Shown piece by piece: positions 18,790 through 28,575 of a stretch of 35,143 nucleotides of DNA. Under the pieces are notes generated by a model that was given only the letters and a program-made list of their open reading frames with translations, made no database searches and had not been told where the DNA came from. Both the position numbers and the translations under genes were made by a program. The stretch's first letter is position 1. Each line of letters begins with the position of its first letter. The stretch is from Armatimonadota bacterium (GTDB taxonomy: Bacteria; Armatimonadota; Armatimonadia; Armatimonadales; Armatimonadaceae), in assembly GCA_043754515.1 (NCBI GenBank), contig JAYUUO010000169.1, forward strand, positions 1 through 35,143, in the 5' to 3' direction.

Positions 18790-18960
18790 GCGATGCCTTG
18801 ATTTATTCAACCACGCGAACGGCAGTCATCACCAGGCCGGATTGATGGAGTGTTCAGGGGTTATCCCGCCGCGCCGAAGTTAGGTGGCCGGGGCGGCATG
18901 TTGCCCCCGCTGGTGACTTCAGCACCGCGCGACGTGGTAGTAATCCAGCCTTGGTATGTT

Positions 18961-19045
18961 GTACGATCCGATAAAGGAAAGCGCGGGGCCGTCGGCTAAA
19001 TAGGGGGTGAAAGACACGCCGCCACGGCGCACATCTCATATGCCC
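18961..19045 (+). repeat. Right copy of imperfect direct repeat flanking island 1
   Basis: Matches 9641-9727 and contains the start of the GHL10 gene. Confidence 0.9.
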
Positions 19046-20545
19046 ATTTTGCTCGCCCCGCCTACTCCACCCGCCCCACCACCCGCCCTGGTCGCCCCCG
19101 CCGTACGGCGCGAGTTTCGCGGTGTCTGGCTTGCCACCGTCGCCAACATTGACTGGCCGTCCAAGCCGGGACTACCGGTTGAGACGCAGAAGGCCGAGCT
19201 GATCGCGCTCCTCGACCGCGTCCGCGCCCTGAACCTGAACGCCGTTGTGTTTCAGGTCCGCCCGATGTGCGACGCGATGTACGCGTCGCCCTATGAGCCG
19301 TGGTCCGAGTTTCTGACCGGGCAAGACGGTAAGGCACCCGACCCGCTCTATGACCCGCTCTCGTTCGCGGTGACCGAGGCGCACCGGCGCGGTCTCGAAC
19401 TGCACGCGTGGTTCAACCCGTACCGCGCCCGTTCCGCCGCCGCGACCACCCCCGCCAGCGCGAAACACGTTTCCCGCGCGAACCCGGCCATCGTCCGCGC
19501 TTACGGCAACCAGCTCTGGCTCGACCCGGCGATGCCCGAGACGCGCGAATACTCTCTGAAAGTGATGACAGATGTCGCGACCCGCTACGACGTGGACGGG
19601 ATACACATTGACGATTACTTCTATCCCTACGCGGAGAAGGACGCGGCGGGCAATAAGATCACGTTCCCCGACGCGGTGACCTACGCCACGTACCAGAAGG
19701 CGGGCGGCACGCTCGCCCTGGACGATTTCCGGCGCGACGCCGTAAACCAGTTCGTGGAGCAGTTATACGCCCGCGTCCACGCGGTAAAGCCCTGGGTCAA
19801 GGTCGGCGTTTCGCCGTTCGGGATCGCCCGCCCCGGCTCGCCCGCCCAGATCAAGGGGTTTGATCAGCGGGCCGAACTGTACGCCGACGCCGTGAAGTGG
19901 CTCAACAACGGCTGGTGTGACTACCTCGCGCCGCAACTATATTGGCCCATCGAGCAGACGCCGCAGTCGTTCCCGGTGCTACTCGCCTCCTGGCTGGCCG
20001 AAAACCGGCAGAACCGCGCTGTCTATGCGGGACTTTACACGAGCAAGTACGCCGGGGACGAGATCGCCTTCCAGATTAAAACCACGCGCGGGTACGCGGG
20101 CGCGGGCGGCGGGGTGCATTTCTCCATGGCGGCTCTGGTTCCTGACGGTCCCGGCTCCGTCGCGCAGGTGCTGAAAAGCGGCGTATATACCGAACCCGCC
20201 CTCGCGCCCGAAATGCCCTGGCTCGCGCCGCCGGGGAGCCTCGCGCCGCCCGCGCCGCTCGTGACACTCACGCCCGAACTCTCGCCGCTCGCGCCCGCGA
20301 TGGTGCGCTGGTCGGCGGGGCGGGGCAACGCCGAGACATCTCCCGCCTGGCAAATTATCGTGCAGGCGCACAGTACATCGGGGACATGGCGGACCATTCT
20401 CGTCCCCGCGTCGTACCCACCTTTAGTTAGCCTCCCGCCGCAAACGAACGCGGTCAGCGTGTTCGCCGTTGACCGGTTCGGTCGCGCCAGCGCGGCGACG
20501 CTCCAATCGGCACCGCCCCAACCGGCACCTCCTCAGCGTCCCTAA
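19040..20545 (+). CDS. Glycoside hydrolase family 10-like protein (GHL10/DUF187, YngK/DigH-like)
   Basis: REFRGVWLATVANIDWPS, FQVRPMCDAMY, LELHAWFNPYRA, YDVDGIHIDDYFYPY, DYLAPQLYW. Alternative GTG start at 19007. Confidence 0.93.
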   Translation: MPILLAPPTPPAPPPALVAPAVRREFRGVWLATVANIDWPSKPGLPVETQKAELIALLDRVRALNLNAVVFQVRPMCDAMYASPYEPWSEFLTGQDGKAPDPLYDPLSFAVTEAHRRGLELHAWFNPYRARSAAATTPASAKHVSRANPAIVRAYGNQLWLDPAMPETREYSLKVMTDVATRYDVDGIHIDDYFYPYAEKDAAGNKITFPDAVTYATYQKAGGTLALDDFRRDAVNQFVEQLYARVHAVKPWVKVGVSPFGIARPGSPAQIKGFDQRAELYADAVKWLNNGWCDYLAPQLYWPIEQTPQSFPVLLASWLAENRQNRAVYAGLYTSKYAGDEIAFQIKTTRGYAGAGGGVHFSMAALVPDGPGSVAQVLKSGVYTEPALAPEMPWLAPPGSLAPPAPLVTLTPELSPLAPAMVRWSAGRGNAETSPAWQIIVQAHSTSGTWRTILVPASYPPLVSLPPQTNAVSVFAVDRFGRASAATLQSAPPQPAPPQRP

Positions 20546-20678
20546 AAGAATGCGCCTTCCGGGCGCCTGAGTACCGGGTGGGTGGCGCGGGCGACGGGCG
20601 GTCGCGGGGTGGACAATTCATCGTCCGCTCCCCCCGGCTTCCAGCCCCGACCGCCCGCGCACGCTCCCAACGATCCGG

Positions 20679-23246
20679 CTATATCGCGCCTGTATGGAAT
20701 CGGGGATAAACATCGGAGGTCGGCACCGCGTCTTGTTCCAAAATGACCGTGGTGCCGGACGAGCCGGTGAACAGGTAAACCCGATCCGCCGCCGAGTGCA
20801 TTAGCGAGAAGCCCAATCCCATCGTGCCCTTCGTCGTGTAGCCCCGCTCCAGCGTCGCCCGGTGCAGTGCTTCCTCCGCGATGCCCCCTCCGTAGTCGGT
20901 TATCCGAACCTGTAAACAGCCCCCGCCCGGCGTGCCGTGCAAAGTCGCCACACCCCCGCCCGCGTGGACGATGCAGTTCATGGTCGCCTCGCCCGCCGCG
21001 AACATCAGGTTATGCACCCGCTCGCGCGGCAAGCAGACTACGGCCGCCGCTTCCTCAATGTTTCGTCGGAACGCGGCGAGGGTCCGCGGCGTGCTGAGTG
21101 CCACCGCCTCGCCCAGCCGGGGAGGGGGCACCGGTAGCTGGCTCGCCTGATGGCACAGCCGGAGCCGCCCCTCGGTGACGTTCGCGAGGATCTCGGTCAG
21201 AAACCGGCGCTGGCCGGCGCGGCTTCTCTCGTTCTCGCGCAGGGCGGCTTCGTGCTCGCGTACCGCTGCTTCCCGCTCGCGCAGGGCGTCCTCGCGCTCC
21301 TGTAGGGCGACCTCGAGTTCGTGCGAAAGATCCGCCGCGTGCTCGTGCGGCAGGAATTGTAGCCGAATTTCCATCTCCCCTGTGTCTAAAGGAACGCCCG
21401 TTACTCGGTATAACACACCGGGCGGCACTATTTCCATCTCGACCGTCCGCAGCTCGTTCCCTTCCCGAACCTCGTGGATGAAGCGATCAAACTCCGTGCC
21501 GATGAACGCCGGGAACGCATCCCAAACAGTCCTCCCCAGCAGTTCCGCGACGGCGCGCCCGGTGAAGCGGGAGATATGTTCGTCCACATAGGTGTATCGC
21601 CAGTCGGCATCAATGCGCGTCACCATCGCCTCCGAGCCAACATCAACGGTCATGGAGGTAGATGATACAGCATCCCCTGTCGTCTCCGGCTGGTAGCGCG
21701 CGAGCAACAGGCACATGTCGTCGCGCGGCTCGACGCCCGCGAACCGCTGTATCGCCGATAACACGGCGTCGCAGATGCCGACGACCGGTAGCGGCGGCGT
21801 TGCCGACAGTGCCACCGTCGCCGCGTCCCGAACGGCACTCAGTAGGCGTTCATGTCCGAATATGGGGCTGGCCGCGACATCCGATCTGGGCGGGCGTGCC
21901 TCGACCAGCCCGTCGGTGTACAGCAGGAAGCAGTCGCCGGGGCGTAGCCGCGTGCTCGGCTCGTCACCGTCCATCGCCCAAGCGGGTAGCGTCCCGATAG
22001 GCAGGCCGCCGACGGTCACGAGATCCACGACCGGCTCCGCGCCGTTCCGCCCCGCGCGGATCACAAAGGGCGGCTCCATACCGGCGACGGCGAAGTGCGT
22101 CTCCCCTGTGTTCGTATCCATCACCGCGACCGTCAGGCACACCAGGAAATGGCTCCTCGGGTCGTTCAGAGCGCGGCGCAACACCATTTGACGGTTTAAT
22201 CGGGCGAGTGCCGCCGACGGCTGGGGCGACTCCCGCAAATACGACCGGAGGAGGAACTTGATCTCCGCCATGTCGGACGCGGCTTCCAGCCCTTTCCCGG
22301 CGACATCGCCGACCAGGAAAGCGACTTTGCCGCTAGGGAGTCGGAAGGTGTCGAACAGGTCGCCCCCCACCAGTGCTTCCGAGGACGCCGCCTCGTAGCG
22401 CGTGACGACCTCCACGTGCGGGATGCGCGTCGGCTTCGCCGTCTGCAACAAGGAACGCTGGAGCCTTTCGGCGATGCGGGTCTGCTTGCGCGCCGCGTCC
22501 GACACTACCGTCTCCCGCCGCTTGCGCGTCGTCACGTTGCGCATGATACCGCGGTAGCCGATCCACTTGCCCGCCGCGTCGTATATCGGCGTCCCGCTAC
22601 TCTCCATATGGACCTGCTCCCCCATGGCGGAGTACCAGATCCACTCCAAGAGGCTGAATGAGGTTTGTGTCGCCATGATCTGGCGTATGGTGGCCTCCAC
22701 GGCGACGACGCTCAGCGGCGGCATCATGTCGAACGGGGTTTTCCCCAAGACTTCCTGCGTGTCATAACCAAGCATCTCGACGATCTGCGGGCTGAGGTAC
22801 GTATAGATCCCTGCCGTGTCGGTCTCAAAAACGCCGTCGGACACCAGGTCTACCAGTGACTGTAGACGGATCACGTCGCGGGTGCCCTTCGTCTCCGCCG
22901 CCTCGTCCGCGCCCGTCCGGCTGACGAACACCGCCACCGCGCCCTCGTCGTACGGCAGGGCGCGGACCGAGAACGCATACTCGGACGCGACGCCAGGCAC
23001 CACGAACGCCCGTGGGAGACGCGTATTGAACACCACGCGCAGTTCGGTGCCGAAACGACTGTCCGGGAATGGGGAAGGGACGTCCCACAGAACGCACCCG
23101 ACCAGCGCGCCGAGGGGGGGGGCGAAAAGTTCCGTCGCGTCCGTGTTCGCATAGATAACGCGGAAGGCATGGTCGAACACAATAATCGCTTCGTCGCAAT
23201 CGTTGAGTAGCCGACCCGGCTCATCATAAGTCATTCTTTCTGACAC
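20679..23246 (-). CDS. PAS-PAS-SpoIIE(PP2C)-PAS-HATPase_c signalling protein
   Basis: LQRSLL, VGGDLFD, VGDVAGKG, LLYTDGLVE, DDMCLL (PP2C); AAGEATMNCIVHAG, TDYGGGI (RsbW-like). Confidence 0.92.
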   Translation of the reverse strand: MSERMTYDEPGRLLNDCDEAIIVFDHAFRVIYANTDATELFAPPLGALVGCVLWDVPSPFPDSRFGTELRVVFNTRLPRAFVVPGVASEYAFSVRALPYDEGAVAVFVSRTGADEAAETKGTRDVIRLQSLVDLVSDGVFETDTAGIYTYLSPQIVEMLGYDTQEVLGKTPFDMMPPLSVVAVEATIRQIMATQTSFSLLEWIWYSAMGEQVHMESSGTPIYDAAGKWIGYRGIMRNVTTRKRRETVVSDAARKQTRIAERLQRSLLQTAKPTRIPHVEVVTRYEAASSEALVGGDLFDTFRLPSGKVAFLVGDVAGKGLEAASDMAEIKFLLRSYLRESPQPSAALARLNRQMVLRRALNDPRSHFLVCLTVAVMDTNTGETHFAVAGMEPPFVIRAGRNGAEPVVDLVTVGGLPIGTLPAWAMDGDEPSTRLRPGDCFLLYTDGLVEARPPRSDVAASPIFGHERLLSAVRDAATVALSATPPLPVVGICDAVLSAIQRFAGVEPRDDMCLLLARYQPETTGDAVSSTSMTVDVGSEAMVTRIDADWRYTYVDEHISRFTGRAVAELLGRTVWDAFPAFIGTEFDRFIHEVREGNELRTVEMEIVPPGVLYRVTGVPLDTGEMEIRLQFLPHEHAADLSHELEVALQEREDALREREAAVREHEAALRENERSRAGQRRFLTEILANVTEGRLRLCHQASQLPVPPPRLGEAVALSTPRTLAAFRRNIEEAAAVVCLPRERVHNLMFAAGEATMNCIVHAGGGVATLHGTPGGGCLQVRITDYGGGIAEEALHRATLERGYTTKGTMGLGFSLMHSAADRVYLFTGSSGTTVILEQDAVPTSDVYPRFHTGAI

Positions 23247-23263
23247 GAAGTTGATACCGTCCT

Positions 23264-24103
23264 CTAATTCCCAGGGAACACCCGTGACAGGTGGGGGATG
23301 TACGCATCCCAGAAAAGCTTCAGCGCGAGCGAGACGCCGATGGCGATCACGACGCGGCGCACGTTTCGTTGCCCGAGACGCCGCGCGATACCCGCGCCCG
23401 CGTAGCCGCCGAACAGAGACGCCACCGCCATTAATCCGGCCGCGCGCCAGTCTATCAGCCCGCCGAACGCGAACAGAAGCACCGTCACTCCGTTCACGGC
23501 GAGCGTGAAAACCGCTTTAACACCGTTCATGCGGTGTATGTCGCGCATCCCCAGTAGGCCCAGCGCGGAAAGTGTCAGTATCCCTATCCCCGCGCCGAAA
23601 TAACCGCCGTACACTGCGATGACGAACAGAAACAGGCCCACGGGCGGTGAAAGCCGGAGCGTGTCCTCCGCGCCGTCTTCCCCATATCGGTCTCCCGTGC
23701 CCGCCTTGAGCCGCCTTGAAAGCGGTTCCTGCAAAAGAAACAACACCACCGACAGCAATATCAGATACGGGACGATGTGCTGGAATGCCGTTTCACCCGT
23801 ATGTGTGAACAGTAACGCGCCGGCCGCGCCCCCCGCACATCCGATCGCCAGGAGTTGTAACACGGACGACATGCGCCCCTGTAAACTCTCGTGTACCTCG
23901 CGGCGTAGCCCCCAAAGACTGCTCGCCTGTCCAGGCCAGAGCGCGACCGTGGACGTCGCGTTCGCCGCCTTCTGCGTCTGACCGGCGGCGATCAGGGCGG
24001 GGAATGTCAGCAGGGTACCGCCCCCCGCGACCGAATTCACCGCGCCCGCCGCGGCGGACGACGCGAAGAGCAGGGTGGAATGTAGCACCGAAAAAAATAA
24101 CAC
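23264..24103 (-). CDS. Sulfite exporter TauE/SafE (TSUP) family transporter
   Basis: AGAVNSVAGGGTLLTFPAL, ANATSTVALWPG, VYGGYFGAGIGI. Confidence 0.93.
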   Translation of the reverse strand: MLFFSVLHSTLLFASSAAAGAVNSVAGGGTLLTFPALIAAGQTQKAANATSTVALWPGQASSLWGLRREVHESLQGRMSSVLQLLAIGCAGGAAGALLFTHTGETAFQHIVPYLILLSVVLFLLQEPLSRRLKAGTGDRYGEDGAEDTLRLSPPVGLFLFVIAVYGGYFGAGIGILTLSALGLLGMRDIHRMNGVKAVFTLAVNGVTVLLFAFGGLIDWRAAGLMAVASLFGGYAGAGIARRLGQRNVRRVVIAIGVSLALKLFWDAYIPHLSRVFPGN

Positions 24104-24106
24104 CGA

Positions 24107-24628
24107 CTATTGTACCTTGCCCACCGCCGATTCGTTGAGCGGGAGGCGGCTCCGCTCCCAGGTTTTGATCGCGAAGAACCCCCAAATCGGCGCGAAAATC
24201 AGGGCGACGGTGCCGAGCGACAGGGTGATGTCATCCCACCCACCGTGCCGTCCCGCCGAATGGGAGCGCACCGTGTTATCTAAAACAGCGAAAAGAACCG
24301 CAGCAAAGGCGACACCTATAACACTACGGCGTCGGATGCGCGCGAAACCGGCCTGAAGAGCGCGTACGATGAGTAGGGTTAACACGCCGTACTCCACCAG
24401 ATAAACACCACGTCGGGCGATGTAGACGATGCCGTACATGCTGTCTACTCCCGGCGCGGCGGTTTCCGGCGCGAGGAAGGCCAGCCCCGCGTAAAGGAAC
24501 GCTACCGAGTTGTCATAACTGCCGAGCGAGGTCGCGAGTGCCAGCGAGAGCGCGATCCACGCGATGAGCGGCCCGTAGTAAAAGCAGAACGCGAGTTGGG
24601 CGCGTGTCGGTCGCACGGGTGTCGTCAC
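24107..24628 (-). CDS. VanZ-like membrane protein
   Basis: YYGPLIAWIALSLALAT...ARRGVYLVEYGVL...AVLDN...GRHGGWDDITL is a degenerate VanZ pattern. GTG lies 5 nt after TACAAT. Confidence 0.75.
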   Translation of the reverse strand: MTTPVRPTRAQLAFCFYYGPLIAWIALSLALATSLGSYDNSVAFLYAGLAFLAPETAAPGVDSMYGIVYIARRGVYLVEYGVLTLLIVRALQAGFARIRRRSVIGVAFAAVLFAVLDNTVRSHSAGRHGGWDDITLSLGTVALIFAPIWGFFAIKTWERSRLPLNESAVGKVQ

Positions 24629-24675
24629 GGGGCATTGTATCGCGACCGTTCCCGCCGCGATACAATGCCCCGTGA
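24625..24675. promoter_or_regulatory. Perfect 20-bp inverted repeat forming a symmetric divergent promoter
   Basis: TCACGGGGCATTGTATCGCG-N11-CGCGATACAATGCCCCGTGA. Each arm reads TACAAT-gcccc-GTG. Confidence 0.8.
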
Positions 24676-25307
24676 TCGTTCCTCCCCCACTGTTCACCTC
24701 CCTCGGAGTCGCTTTTTTCGAGGCCCCGACGCTCCTCGTGGCGCGGAGCCTGCTCGGACAGATACTGGTACGCCGCTTCGACGACGGCGAAATCGCGACC
24801 GGGCGGGTGGTCGAAACGGAAGCGTACACGGTGGGGGATCCGGCGTGTCACGCGTTTCGCGGCGAGTCCCGCGCCAACGCCGCGATGTTCGGGTCGCCGG
24901 GACGGGCCTACGTACACATCAACTACGGCCTGCATTACTGCCTGAACGCGGTGACCGCCGCGCCCGGCGTCCCGGAAGCGGTTCTTATCCGCGCCATCGA
25001 GCCGATCACGGGCGGCGCGCGACTGCTGAACAACTACACCGGGCGCGACGACGCCACGGACGCGGAGGCACTGGCCGACCGCCGGATCGGCGCGGGGCCG
25101 GGCCGTCTGACACGGGCGATGGCGATAACTAAAGTGGGGTTCGACCATCATGATCTGTGCGACGCGGGCGGCGTGCTGTTTCTAGCGGGCGGCGTGCTTG
25201 TCGCGGATGACGCGGTGACGACCACGACGCGGATCGGCATCACGAAGGGGGCTGACTCGCCGTGGCGTTTCTATGTCGCGGCATCGCGCTGGGTGTCGCG
25301 CCGATAG
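24672..25307 (+). CDS. mpg: DNA-3-methyladenine glycosylase (MPG/AAG family)
   Basis: GRVVETEAY, MFGSPGRAYV, YGLHYCLN, AVLIRAIEP, GPGRLTRAM, RIGIT. Confidence 0.95.
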   Translation: MIVPPPLFTSLGVAFFEAPTLLVARSLLGQILVRRFDDGEIATGRVVETEAYTVGDPACHAFRGESRANAAMFGSPGRAYVHINYGLHYCLNAVTAAPGVPEAVLIRAIEPITGGARLLNNYTGRDDATDAEALADRRIGAGPGRLTRAMAITKVGFDHHDLCDAGGVLFLAGGVLVADDAVTTTTRIGITKGADSPWRFYVAASRWVSRR

Positions 25308-25414
25308 GAACGGTAGACACGCGCCAAACTTAAGGCTATACTGGGGCGACGAAATCCATATGAAAGTATGGGTGTCCCGCCGCACCGATTACGATCCAAT
25401 TGGGAAGGTTTTAC

Positions 25415-26233
25415 ATGTTCGCGCTCAACATACCGGATACCGCCCATCTGCTCTTCGCCGCCGTCGCCGCATGTGCTGTCGCCGGGGGCGCGGGCGCGGT
25501 CCGCGCCCTTTCCCTGTCCGGCGCGGTCGCTGCGGCAATGGTTGGCTTCGTGGTGTTCGGCTGGGGCGGCTACCCCGGCGCGGTCGCCCTGCTCCTTTTT
25601 TTCGTCTCCTCGACCGCGCTCTCGCGCTGGGGCAAGCGGGAAAAGGAGGCGCTGTCTTCCTACGAGAAGAACGACCGGCGCGACGCCGGGCAGGTGATCG
25701 CGAACGGCGGCGTCGCCGTGATCTGTGTAGCCTGGGTCGCCGTACAGCCGTGGAGCGCGGCGGCGGTCGCGGCGTTCCTGGGTGCCATCGCCGCCGCGAA
25801 CGCCGACACGTGGGCGACCGAGATCGGCACGCTACTAGGACCGCGCGGCAAGAAGAAGCCGATCATCTTAGCCACGCTATTCGACGGCGAGCCGGGTCAG
25901 TCCGGCGCGGTGTCGTGGCAGGGCACGTGGGCGGCACTGGCCGGGGCACTACTGATCGCGGCGACCGCGACCCTGTGGACAAGCGCGACGTTCCCGCGTA
26001 CCCTGATCGGCGTCACCGTCGGGGGCCTGATGGGATCACTCTTCGACTCGTACCTGGGCGGTTCTCTGCAAATCCAGTATCGCGACCAGACTACCGGCGA
26101 CCTGACCGAACGCCCGCGCGACAAAAACGGCCGCGTAAACCCGGTGGATCGCGGCCAGCCGTGGATGAACAACGACGCGGTGAACTTCCTCGCCACGGCG
26201 GTCGGCGCGGCGATCGCGGCGATCATCGCGTGA
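25415..26233 (+). CDS. DUF92 (TMEM19-like) membrane protein
   Basis: RDAGQVIANGG, ADTWATEIG, GQSGAVSWQG, DSYLGGSLQ, NNDAVN. Confidence 0.93.
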   Translation: MFALNIPDTAHLLFAAVAACAVAGGAGAVRALSLSGAVAAAMVGFVVFGWGGYPGAVALLLFFVSSTALSRWGKREKEALSSYEKNDRRDAGQVIANGGVAVICVAWVAVQPWSAAAVAAFLGAIAAANADTWATEIGTLLGPRGKKKPIILATLFDGEPGQSGAVSWQGTWAALAGALLIAATATLWTSATFPRTLIGVTVGGLMGSLFDSYLGGSLQIQYRDQTTGDLTERPRDKNGRVNPVDRGQPWMNNDAVNFLATAVGAAIAAIIA

Positions 26234-26334
26234 AGCGCAGGTTGAAGAGAGTCAATGGTTACTTGCGCCGTGTCGGCAACATCATGTGCTGAATAACATC
26301 GTGCCGCACGAAAGTCGCTATCCCATTGCAACAG

Positions 26335-27495
26335 TCATTTTTTCGCACGTAAGTATACTAATCCGCCGACAACGAGGCAAGCGCCACCCAGGGTATAGAG
26401 TATCCAGAGTTTGTCATGCACTGCCTCCTTTTGAGGAGCGGGGGGGACATTTCGCCGGATCTGTGTCTGATCCGGCAGCCGCCCCGACCAAGCATAAAAT
26501 AAAGATTTAGTATCACTGTTTCTGCCTGTTTTCATGAAATCTCTAGTCGTCATGTTAGCACCGTGTCTACGATAATCGTTGACAACAGAACCTCTGGGGA
26601 AGTCAAGTTGAACTCGCCCGGAACTAGCGATTTTTTGAAGGGTGTACACTCTTTGGCGGCTCAGTATACTGCGGACCGACTCATCCATCTCCATTCTGTA
26701 ACCTATCCACTGATGATCGAACAACCGAGAATATGACACATCACACCGGGTATTGCTCCTAGGAGATTTCGTCTCGATCCGGCTGACAGCGTTCCCATGA
26801 TTTCGGTCAACAGTCATTTCTATGGAATACGGGGCGAAGTTGCCCTTTTCGACATCAGACGCCACGACAAAGTCCATAGGGGATGAAGACAAGAGACGCC
26901 AGTGACACCCGTGCAACGCGAGTGCCATATTATTGGAAACCACCACGTACTCTTCCGGGGATATATCCAGCCCTTCCTGAAAGGGGCCCCGGTCATATAA
27001 AGCACCACCCGGCGTCTTCCATACAAAAAGTGCCGATGAACCTGGTAGAGGAGGCTCCTCATCGTACCGAAACATTACCCCGTACCCATCGCCGTAATAC
27101 TCTTCGAAGTGGCTTGTCCTCTTAGGCGTTCCCGCATACCCGGTAAGGTAAGCATGCGTTAGATTCGGGTTCCGCTCCACGATCAATGTGGCTTCATTAC
27201 GTAACTCGTCGCCCTTTATCAGGTTTTCCAACTCCTGACTTTCCTGTGCTGAGCGTATTTTGCCGCCCGATCGGACTGGTATTCGTTCAGGACTTATAAA
27301 TTTCCTATCGATTGGTATTACTGTGACTCCCTCCCGCATGGTCCACTCGAACCTTAAACTGTGCGAAGTGGATTCTCTCTTCTCGAACGGCGAAGAGACG
27401 GACGGAGGCAAGTTCTGCGCTTGGCTTGGCCTAGAGAGGATCAAAGAGAGGGCGAGGAGTGCTAATATGCGACGCGAGTTGTTCATTATCCGCAC
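26335..27495 (-). CDS. Exported beta-rich protein with C-terminal TM anchor (module A partner)
   Basis: Signal peptide (SQA|Q); C-terminal LWILYTLGGACLVVGGLVYL-RAKK; lower GC; 6 nt downstream of the Cys-rich gene. Confidence 0.8.
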   Translation of the reverse strand: MRIMNNSRRILALLALSLILSRPSQAQNLPPSVSSPFEKRESTSHSLRFEWTMREGVTVIPIDRKFISPERIPVRSGGKIRSAQESQELENLIKGDELRNEATLIVERNPNLTHAYLTGYAGTPKRTSHFEEYYGDGYGVMFRYDEEPPLPGSSALFVWKTPGGALYDRGPFQEGLDISPEEYVVVSNNMALALHGCHWRLLSSSPMDFVVASDVEKGNFAPYSIEMTVDRNHGNAVSRIETKSPRSNTRCDVSYSRLFDHQWIGYRMEMDESVRSILSRQRVYTLQKIASSGRVQLDFPRGSVVNDYRRHGANMTTRDFMKTGRNSDTKSLFYAWSGRLPDQTQIRRNVPPAPQKEAVHDKLWILYTLGGACLVVGGLVYLRAKK

Positions 27496-27501
27496 CTTTC
27501 T

Positions 27502-27990
27502 TTATAGGTCGAAGACCATCTTGCACTTCGTACCTTCAACATCCATGTCTGCGCCCGGCACGTATCTCCAAACGGGATCATCCAGGCTACTGTCACTGCT
27601 GTCGGGACACGCGCAGTAAGTATTACCATCACTAGCAGATACCCTATCCTTGCAGGCGGCCCGATACTTGAACTGCTTTACTGTGCCCTTATACGTTTTG
27701 CATACACTAGTTTGATTATACTCCGTCGTTATGCAACCGTTGTTCTGCAAGACATACTTTGCGCAACTGCCTCCACACTCGGATCCCGGTGACCGTGAAC
27801 ACGCGGATACGCCGCTTGCGTCAGTCGGTAACAACGCACACACTAGCCTCCAACGGGGGTTGAGGTTAGCGACTTGTTGTTGTGCCTTTGCTAGAGGGAG
27901 CAACAAGATGATGAGGCTAGCGGCTAATGCTAGCAGGAAGACGGTTAGGTTCACCCTCACTTTTAAAACAAACCTTTCCACGCAGGACAT
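27502..27990 (-). CDS. Cys-rich secreted protein (module A)
   Basis: Long hydrophobic signal ending AKA|Q; 10 Cys in the mature part. Confidence 0.8.
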   Translation of the reverse strand: MSCVERFVLKVRVNLTVFLLALAASLIILLLPLAKAQQQVANLNPRWRLVCALLPTDASGVSACSRSPGSECGGSCAKYVLQNNGCITTEYNQTSVCKTYKGTVKQFKYRAACKDRVSASDGNTYCACPDSSDSSLDDPVWRYVPGADMDVEGTKCKMVFDL

Positions 27991-28171
27991 TACGCAACCA
28001 TGGCTGATTTAATTGACCGTAAACTGAAACCGCGCGTCTTTCTCTAGCGTATCGGCGTTCGTGATAACTTTGAATGCAACGTATTTCACGGTTTTCCCTC
28101 TCGGAAAGCCTTCCGTAGAGATGTTAACGGCTACCCGCGATCCACTGACCTGCCCCCTTATTCTGATCCAT

Positions 28172-28562
28172 TCAAAGCCACGGCCAATTCGCGTCGTTGC
28201 CTTCGTCTATTAATTTGTCGAACTCTGCGTCAGTAAACCCCCAACGTTTTTTCAATACGACGTGTGCCTTCTCCGCCATTATATTTACCTCTTTAGTCAT
28301 GATGTCCGCGTCTTCGCTCTCGTGCCCTTTGTGCCGGCTGAACACTCTGTCAGCGGCGAGATTATTCGACCGGTGCGCCTGCGCATAAATAGCCTTGCGT
28401 TGTTCGAGTGAAAAACGCCGCGTCTTTAATCGAATAGACTTCCCCGTGCGGGAATTGTGTCCGCCCGCACGAGGCGCGGACGTCTGCGCCCGCGCCTCGT
28501 GCGGCTGGCGCGAGGGCAAGGACGGAGCATATGGCTAGGAATGGTATCGGTAGTTTGTTCAT
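28172..28562 (-). pseudogene. Small secreted protein with frameshift near 28502
   Basis: MNKLPIPFLAICSVLALAPA joins HEARA|QTSAP...DEGNDANWPWL in another frame. Confidence 0.65.
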
Positions 28563-28575
28563 AAACCTAGTGGCT

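Larger units (their letters stand above)
9728..18960. mobile_element. Degenerate genomic island 1 (toxin/immunity cargo, no integrase)
   Basis: Flanking direct repeats, all cargo on the minus strand, patches of lower GC, several pseudogenes. Confidence 0.7.

Noticed and set aside
21225..21320. Tandem DNA repeats in the PP2C fusion gene
   Set aside because: They encode an ordinary coiled-coil heptad pattern (REDALREREAAVREHEAALRE).
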